Origin: an uncultured virus (IMG/VR IMGVR_UViG_3300009500_000012)
Taxonomy: Duplodnaviria; Heunggongvirae; Uroviricota; Caudoviricetes
Reading direction: 5' to 3' (one strand)
Length of the DNA stretch: 20,000 bases
IMG/VR virus record: IMGVR_UViG_3300009500_000012
Part shown: one piece after another, positions 15,208-20,000 of the stretch
Layout of the letters: each line of letters begins with the position of its first letter
Numbering within the stretch: the stretch's first letter is position 1
The notes under the pieces: model-generated
The model's database searches: none
Seen by the model: only the letters and a program-made list of their open reading frames with translations
What the model was told of the DNA's origin: nothing
Made by a program: the position numbers and the translations under genes

Positions 15208-16700
15208 TAGCCTTGCGCCCCTATAACATGACCTTCTTTATTGAGTAAAATTTTCTTCCCAAAATTCAAGACATTAGATTTAATTCTTTGATTTACTCTT
15301 CTACGAACTTCATCAATTGTGGTTTGATTAAAAAGTTCGCCGTTACGATAAACTAATTGAAGTTGACTTAGTTCTTCGACAGGGCTTGGATGACCCGGAG
15401 TTATAAAAGCACTACTACGGTCAATTGTCTTATATTCTCCGTCAAAATACACTAAATCTAAATCTCCAGACTTTGATTTTTTACCTGGGTCTGTTTTTGG
15501 ATTTTTAGATACATCACGATACACGCCGTTAACTTTAGCAAGTGAAGCCTTATAAGCAAATTTATATGTATCACGGTTACATTGTTGAAGAAGTGCGCCG
15601 CCCATACCGAAGGCTACGTTATCTAAAGAGAAACCTGCATGAATACAAACTCGTTCAATAATTTTATTGATAGTTGCTTCTTCAATACCATCGCCTTGAA
15701 TAACACGAACATTGTTAAGCACCTTGTAACCCTTATTGTTAATTGTATATCCGTATTTGTCTGCTAATCCTTTAACAGTACGTAAAACAATTTCTTCAAT
15801 TGGAGAACCAGAATCAGGTCGGACAACAACTGTTTTTCCTGATTTAATGACTTCTGCTTTAAGTTCATCACCCCAAATATTTTGAACTGCATTGTCAAGG
15901 TCATAACTATCAGATACAACGGCCACCAGAGGGGTATTAAAACGTTCAAGCATCATCCTAAATGCTGCTGCTTCATTATCTTTGCCCCAAGTAGTAATGG
16001 TGCTGTGTTCGGCTGCTGGAATTGAAAATCCAGTCATTGCGCTACCATAATATTTATTAGCGGCAAGCACACCAACAACGGTATCCGAACCCATGAAATT
16101 AGCAAGATGCGCTGCGCCGCCAATAGCGGCTGATTCTCTTGAACTTACACCTCGGGCACCAAAGTCATGAAGTTTAAAGTCAATTTGACTATCTGGGTCA
16201 TCAGAAGTTTTTACAAGTGCTTTATAAATAATTTCTTTAATACGGTTAGAGATGGTCGAAACTGTGATGGGATACCATACGCGCAATAATTGAGTCTCAA
16301 ACCAAGAAGTCATCCAAAATAAACGCGGGTCTGTCGAACGAACTGTTACCAAAACATTATGGGAAGGAACAAAAGTACCTTCGGGTACAGCCTTGATTTC
16401 CAAAGGAATACTGCCATCATATTTTTCAACGACATACATCCAATCTTGATAAGGAAATATACCAGGTCCAATATGAGCATCAACAAATGCTTTGGCTTCT
16501 TCAACATCTGCCTTAGTAATTTTTTGTTTCAATTGGTTGAGAATTAACTGCAATCCAAAAAACAAAGTACCAGGATTTTCGGTCGGGCCTCCACGGCTTT
16601 CAATATAGCAGAGAATTTCTTCTGTTCCCTCTGGATATTGTAAAGGATGAGTAAACTTGTATGAGTCGGTATCTAAAATCGGATTGTGAATATCTAGCAT
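15207..16700 (-). CDS. nadV: nicotinamide phosphoribosyltransferase (NAMPT)
   Basis: DTDSYKFTH, LHDFGARG, SIPAAEHST, VSDSYD, VRPDSG, IQGDG and FGMGGALLQ...RDT motifs. Confidence 0.95.
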   Translation of the reverse strand: MLDIHNPILDTDSYKFTHPLQYPEGTEEILCYIESRGGPTENPGTLFFGLQLILNQLKQKITKADVEEAKAFVDAHIGPGIFPYQDWMYVVEKYDGSIPLEIKAVPEGTFVPSHNVLVTVRSTDPRLFWMTSWFETQLLRVWYPITVSTISNRIKEIIYKALVKTSDDPDSQIDFKLHDFGARGVSSRESAAIGGAAHLANFMGSDTVVGVLAANKYYGSAMTGFSIPAAEHSTITTWGKDNEAAAFRMMLERFNTPLVAVVSDSYDLDNAVQNIWGDELKAEVIKSGKTVVVRPDSGSPIEEIVLRTVKGLADKYGYTINNKGYKVLNNVRVIQGDGIEEATINKIIERVCIHAGFSLDNVAFGMGGALLQQCNRDTYKFAYKASLAKVNGVYRDVSKNPKTDPGKKSKSGDLDLVYFDGEYKTIDRSSAFITPGHPSPVEELSQLQLVYRNGELFNQTTIDEVRRRVNQRIKSNVLNFGKKILLNKEGHVIGAQG

Positions 16701-16726
16701 TTTGTGTTTCCTTTCTTACATCTTTT

Positions 16727-16754
16727 ATTATAGCACTTAGGAAAGATTTTGCAA
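16727..16754 (-). promoter_or_regulatory. sigma70-like promoter of the NAD cluster
   Basis: TTGCAA-16 nt-TATAAT with extended TG. Confidence 0.7.
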
Positions 16755-16770
16755 GTGCTGTTTTGACACG

Positions 16771-16797
16771 AAAAAGGCACCCGTCAAGGTGCCTTTT
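16771..16797 (-). terminator. intrinsic terminator after hsp20
   Basis: AAAAGGCACC-loop-GGTGCCTTTT. Confidence 0.85.
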
Positions 16798-16801
16798 GTC
16801 T

Positions 16802-17242
16802 TTATTCTATTTCAATCATTTTCGTGGTTTTAATATTTAAATTTTTAGGAATTCTAAAGTTTAAAATTCCATCTTTTAAAGTTGCTTTAGAAACATTAGT
16901 TTCATCAATATCTTGTGGTAATATCACAGTACGAGTAATGCTTTCAGCAACAGATTCTTTAAGATAATAAGACTCGTTTTTCTTTACATCTTGATATGTA
17001 ACTGTTAAACGACGATTATCAAGATGTAATTTAATGTTTTCTTTGCTTAAGCCAGCCACATTGATATTTACTTCATAATCTTTTTCGTTATTTAAAATAT
17101 CTATAGTTAGATTTTGAGGCTTAGTATTATTTTTTAAGGGAGCAAAGAAACTGGAAAAAGATGGTATTGTTGGTTCAAAAAATTCTTTTTCAAAATTAAG
17201 AAAAAGATTGTCGGTGTTAATTGGTTTTAAAAAGCTATTCAT
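16802..17242 (-). CDS. small heat shock protein (Hsp20/alpha-crystallin)
   Basis: DI.....Y.V...VAG..KE.I......L.V...R.V.LP..ID.....A...DGIL...IPK. Confidence 0.9.
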   Translation of the reverse strand: MNSFLKPINTDNLFLNFEKEFFEPTIPSFSSFFAPLKNNTKPQNLTIDILNNEKDYEVNINVAGLSKENIKLHLDNRRLTVTYQDVKKNESYYLKESVAESITRTVILPQDIDETNVSKATLKDGILNFRIPKNLNIKTTKMIEIE

Positions 17243-17322
17243 AAAAGATTTCTCCTTTTAATAATTAAATTAATTAAAGTTATAATTTATGTTTGGCGAT
17301 TTAATAATAATCACCATCTTGT

Positions 17323-17351
17323 ATTATAGTACAGTTTTTTGGATTTGTCAA
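17323..17351 (-). promoter_or_regulatory. consensus sigma70 promoter for hsp20
   Basis: TTGACA-17 nt-TATAAT. Confidence 0.85.
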
Positions 17352-17356
17352 AATTT

Positions 17357-17728
17357 TTAGTTCACTTCTAAAGGAGTTTTAACTTCTTGCGCCTTGAAAG
17401 TAAAAATATTAGAAAAATTACTGTTAGCATATCCTTTTGAAAAATCGGTAGCAACCAAAATACATTTTTCATATTCGCTAACAAAAATTTTTCCAATATC
17501 ATTTTTGTAAATCGTTTGTATGTAAAAAGTCTTTTCGTTTTGATATATATTTTTATTTAGAAAATTTGGATTATGAAGTGTTAAAGTTATTTCTGAAGTA
17601 TTTGGCATATATCTACGTACAACAGCCATACCAACTTTTTCCATATAACTTTTTGGTTCGCTCATTTCTACTTGAATATCTCTACATTCTCCGATAATTT
17701 CTGTATCATCAAATATTAATACTAACAT
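17357..17728 (-). CDS. hypothetical protein, possibly tail-tube-like beta fold
   Basis: Beta-rich 123 aa ORF ending FTFKAQEV; fold call is weak. Confidence 0.55.
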   Translation of the reverse strand: MLVLIFDDTEIIGECRDIQVEMSEPKSYMEKVGMAVVRRYMPNTSEITLTLHNPNFLNKNIYQNEKTFYIQTIYKNDIGKIFVSEYEKCILVATDFSKGYANSNFSNIFTFKAQEVKTPLEVN

Positions 17729-17751
17729 TATTTTACCTCAATAATCGGATT

Positions 17752-18543
17752 TCAAGAACTTTTCAAAACTTTATTAAATACTGCAAAATTTCCACCCACA
17801 GCAACAAAGTGTGCTAACTGCGACTTATTTAGTTCTTTAAAATCATTAATTGCTCCACTAGCACCTCTATTGTACATAGAAGTTGCTAATGCTTGAGCAT
17901 CAGATAATGTCGTAGTATTTAGTGAATGAACTGCCGATGCTAAAACTGTATCAGTTTTAAGATGTTCTGCTGATTGATTTAAATATTCTGACATAATACT
18001 TGCCATAGTGGGAACAGACCATTCAGCAGTAAATGCAAGAGCAATCATTTCATTTTGCCATTTAGCTATGGCAGAAGTTGCCTCTGTAGTCGTCATATCT
18101 TTAGTATCAGGTGCAGGAGGCATACCAGGACGAGAAGGTAAATATGTGCCACTTTGTTGAGTCATGCCCCAATCAGTCCCTTCAAATGAAATAACACCTT
18201 TATGTTCTACTAAATTATGATTAAAACATTTTTCGCTAAATCTACTTTCTTCAACAATACATGCTGCTAAGTAAACCGGGTCAATACCATATTTTTTTGA
18301 ATTTTCTTCAATCAAATTAGCAATAACTGCATTGCGTTCAGGAGTATTTTTAAAAATCTGTGCATCAATTACTTTACCGCCAAGTTCAGGATAATATCTT
18401 ATATAAACTTGATTATAAGTATTGACTAAATCTGTCATTGTCATTGGATTATTTGTCACTTGGCTCTCACCTTTAAGAAATTCAGTTGTAAAATAAGATT
18501 TCGTTGCTATGTAAATCTCTTTAAAAAAGTAAAATAAATTCAT
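17752..18543 (-). CDS. lytic transglycosylase (SLT/lysozyme-like)
   Basis: YGIDPVYLAACIVEESRF (catalytic E-S), DWGMTQ and YNRG motifs. Confidence 0.8.
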   Translation of the reverse strand: MNLFYFFKEIYIATKSYFTTEFLKGESQVTNNPMTMTDLVNTYNQVYIRYYPELGGKVIDAQIFKNTPERNAVIANLIEENSKKYGIDPVYLAACIVEESRFSEKCFNHNLVEHKGVISFEGTDWGMTQQSGTYLPSRPGMPPAPDTKDMTTTEATSAIAKWQNEMIALAFTAEWSVPTMASIMSEYLNQSAEHLKTDTVLASAVHSLNTTTLSDAQALATSMYNRGASGAINDFKELNKSQLAHFVAVGGNFAVFNKVLKSS

Positions 18544-18570
18544 ATATTATTCCTCATATTAGGATGATAT

Positions 18571-18596
18571 AAAAAAGACCCCTTGAGGAGTCTTTT
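18571..18596 (-). terminator. intrinsic terminator
   Basis: AAAAGACTCCTC-AA-GGGGTCTTTTTT on the minus strand. Confidence 0.7.
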
Positions 18597-18615
18597 AAGA
18601 ATTTATTTTGTTATA

Positions 18616-18837
18616 TTATTGCCAATTTACAGCGCCATCGTTGCATTCAGTAACATAATAGAAATTCTGTCCATTTTCAACTTCTTTTACAGGTCCATCA
18701 ATTTTTCTAACACCATTATGCGAAGCACAAGAAAAAACAGGAGAAGGATGTAAAATACTCATAATAGTAAAAGTTTCTATCCAACATGTAAACCCTAAAA
18801 CTATTAAATAGACTAATATCCATACATGTTTACTCAT
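18616..18837 (-). CDS. small membrane-anchored protein with two extracytoplasmic Cys
   Basis: N-terminal TM segment; C...C. Confidence 0.65.
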   Translation of the reverse strand: MSKHVWILVYLIVLGFTCWIETFTIMSILHPSPVFSCASHNGVRKIDGPVKEVENGQNFYYVTECNDGAVNWQ

Positions 18838-18846
18838 ACTTTAATT

Positions 18847-18921
18847 TGGTGTCCCTATTAAGAATCGAACTTAAACTTCAGCCTTCGGAAGACCGCGCAC
18901 TATCCATTATACTATAGGGAC
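18847..18921 (-). tRNA. tRNA-Arg (CCG)
   Basis: GTCCCTA/TAGGGAC acceptor, A20, CGGTC-TTCCGAA-GGCTG, TTCGATT loop, A73-CCA. Confidence 0.93.
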
Positions 18922-19217
18922 GATTCCAAATTCTCTTGTTTCTTTTCTTTAATATAAAGATTGTAAACTGAATTACATTTATCAATAACTACTTGAGCAG
19001 ATTTTACATGTCCCAAGTCAATAAATAATGTTTCTGGTCCGTTTCCAAGAGCGTGTTCATAACGTCGAGTACGAACTAAACCATCTTCTTGCTTATCTCC
19101 GTATTCTCCTCTAACTCGAACATGAAGACTTGTCATTCTGCTATATGGTGTAATTTCTTCTACATCTTTAGAATACTTTTCAAAAAGACGTTCTGGATAA
19201 TTCTTTAATGCTTTCAT
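18912..19217 (-). CDS. hypothetical protein (stop codon inside tRNA-Arg)
   Basis: 101 aa; AAGGA SD. Confidence 0.7.
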   Translation of the reverse strand: MKALKNYPERLFEKYSKDVEEITPYSRMTSLHVRVRGEYGDKQEDGLVRTRRYEHALGNGPETLFIDLGHVKSAQVVIDKCNSVYNLYIKEKKQENLESSL

Positions 19218-19226
19218 TTTTAATCC

Positions 19227-19430
19227 TTATTCGATTGTAAAGTCGCGTTGTTTTTCTACAGCAATAACATTGGAAACTTGGCTTATATCTTTTAATTTAT
19301 CATCAGAAATTTCTCCGGTAATACAATTAAATTTATCATAAACCGTATGGAAAACTAAACCTTTATCTTTTAATTCTAAACAAGTTACAGCAAGTAAATT
19401 TCTGTCTTTAAGAGTTACTAGAACCTTCAT
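19227..19430 (-). CDS. small ferredoxin-like/peptidase-inhibitor-I9-like protein (67 aa; start re-assigned to ATG 19430)
   Basis: MKVLVTLK...ITGEI....L..I.QV.NV.AVE pattern; the promoter at 19437-19465 lies inside the longer ORF-track call. Confidence 0.55.
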   Translation of the reverse strand: MKVLVTLKDRNLLAVTCLELKDKGLVFHTVYDKFNCITGEISDDKLKDISQVSNVIAVEKQRDFTIE

Positions 19431-19436
19431 GGATAT

Positions 19437-19465
19437 ATTATGTACCTTGCATAATGATATGTCAA
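19437..19465 (-). promoter_or_regulatory. sigma70-like promoter, leaderless transcript
   Basis: TTGACA-17 nt-CATAAT, 6 nt before ATG 19430. Confidence 0.7.
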
Positions 19466-19476
19466 TATATGAATAA

Positions 19477-19568
19477 AAATAAATGGGAGTTGATAACATA
19501 ATGGTATAGTGTCTGTATATTTTTCCATTATCCACTCATCCTTACGGGTAGAGTCATCCCATTTATTT
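19477..19568 (-). ncRNA. candidate three-way-junction structured RNA or branched terminator
   Basis: 12-bp closing stem enclosing a GTAA-tetraloop hairpin and a 7-bp hairpin. Confidence 0.4.
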
Positions 19569-19728
19569 AAGGTTTTACATATTGAACATCAAAATTAGAT
19601 TCTAGAATTAATTTATAACCATCTTCAGTTATCAGAGTAACTCTTGCTCCAGGGCCATGCTTTAAGGATTCGATTATTTTACCTTTGAATAAAGATTCAA
19701 GATTAATTGTTTCTTCTTTATTCATCAT
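19567..19728 (-). CDS. small hypothetical protein (53 aa)
   Basis: MMNKEETINLESLFKGKIIESLKHGPGARVTLITEDGYKLILESNFDVQYVKP*; overlaps the upstream stop. Confidence 0.55.
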   Translation of the reverse strand: MMNKEETINLESLFKGKIIESLKHGPGARVTLITEDGYKLILESNFDVQYVKP

Positions 19729-19999
19729 CTAAGATTTCGTACCCTGCACCTCTGAATACTGATTTAGCAATTTCAAGAGGGGTAGAATTCATTTGAATAT
19801 TTAAAGCACCAGCAACAACATCAGAAATATTCACTTTCTTTAAAGGAGGCTGCGTAACCATAATATGAGCAAGTTTCTTAGCCTTCAGATTATTAATATA
19901 ATTAATTCCATCAAAACCAAGATTATTTAAAACTTTGCTTGCAACAGATGTAGTTTCTTTAATTAAACCAATTAATAGATGTTCTGTTCCAACATAGTT
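19718..19999 (-). CDS. Clp amino-terminal (Clp_N) repeat protein, 5'-truncated; no AAA+ domain follows
   Basis: NYVGTEHLLIGLIKE..SVASKVLNNLG, then about 65 aa to TAA. Confidence 0.8.
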   Translation of the reverse strand, partial: NYVGTEHLLIGLIKETTSVASKVLNNLGFDGINYINNLKAKKLAHIMVTQPPLKKVNISDVVAGALNIQMNSTPLEIAKSVFRGAGYEILDDE

Positions 20000-20000
20000 A

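Noticed and set aside
573..16547. Short antisense or nested ORFs (573..797, 2346..2555, 6135..6338, 8096..8293, 11944..12150, 13223..13408, 13976..14170, 15764..15949, 16359..16547)
   Set aside because: They overlap better-supported genes and show no motifs or RBS.
17243..17316. CIRCE or ROSE thermometer upstream of hsp20
   Set aside because: No TTAGCACTC-N9-GAGTGCTAA and no U(U/C)GCU anti-SD; only a short 5' hairpin (TGGTGATT/AATCGCCA).
19477..19568. Hammerhead ribozyme
   Set aside because: Three-stem topology, but the CUGANGA and GAAA core is not present on either strand.
1..20000. Genome-wide TAG reassignment (genetic code 15/16)
   Set aside because: Long conserved genes (NAMPT, NMNAT, SLT) have no internal TAG, and TAG ends many ORFs at natural C-termini.

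Overview
AT-rich, gene-dense, mostly minus-strand accessory region of what looks like a large (jumbo-type) bacteriophage genome. It uses the standard genetic code (TAG terminates many intact ORFs) and sigma70-type promoters; an outer-membrane beta-barrel gene suggests a diderm host. Contents: the 3' end of a CCA-adding enzyme, a tandem Csx16-like (candidate ring nuclease) protein, a GT9 glycosyltransferase, five tRNA genes, a Pth2-like peptidyl-tRNA hydrolase, an HslV-like protease, an NAD salvage cluster (NAMPT, NMNAT, Nudix, 2OG-Fe(II)-like), Hsp20, a lytic transglycosylase and a Clp_N-domain protein. The tRNAs are Trp-CCA with an atypical long variable arm, an atypical CUA amber-suppressor-like tRNA, Ser-UGA, Ser-GGA and Arg-CCG. 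The main finding is a twice-repeated cis element absent from the ORF track: a leader micro-ORF ATG-TTR-TAG-(3-4 codons)-CGA-CCT-CCT-stop (M-L-amber-x-R-P-P-stop), followed by a hairpin that occludes the ribosome-binding region of the next gene and carries a shared 15-nt motif. One copy precedes the Pth2-like gene, the other precedes an unknown gene next to the CUA tRNA. I infer a candidate amber-read-through-sensing translational switch; this is untested.
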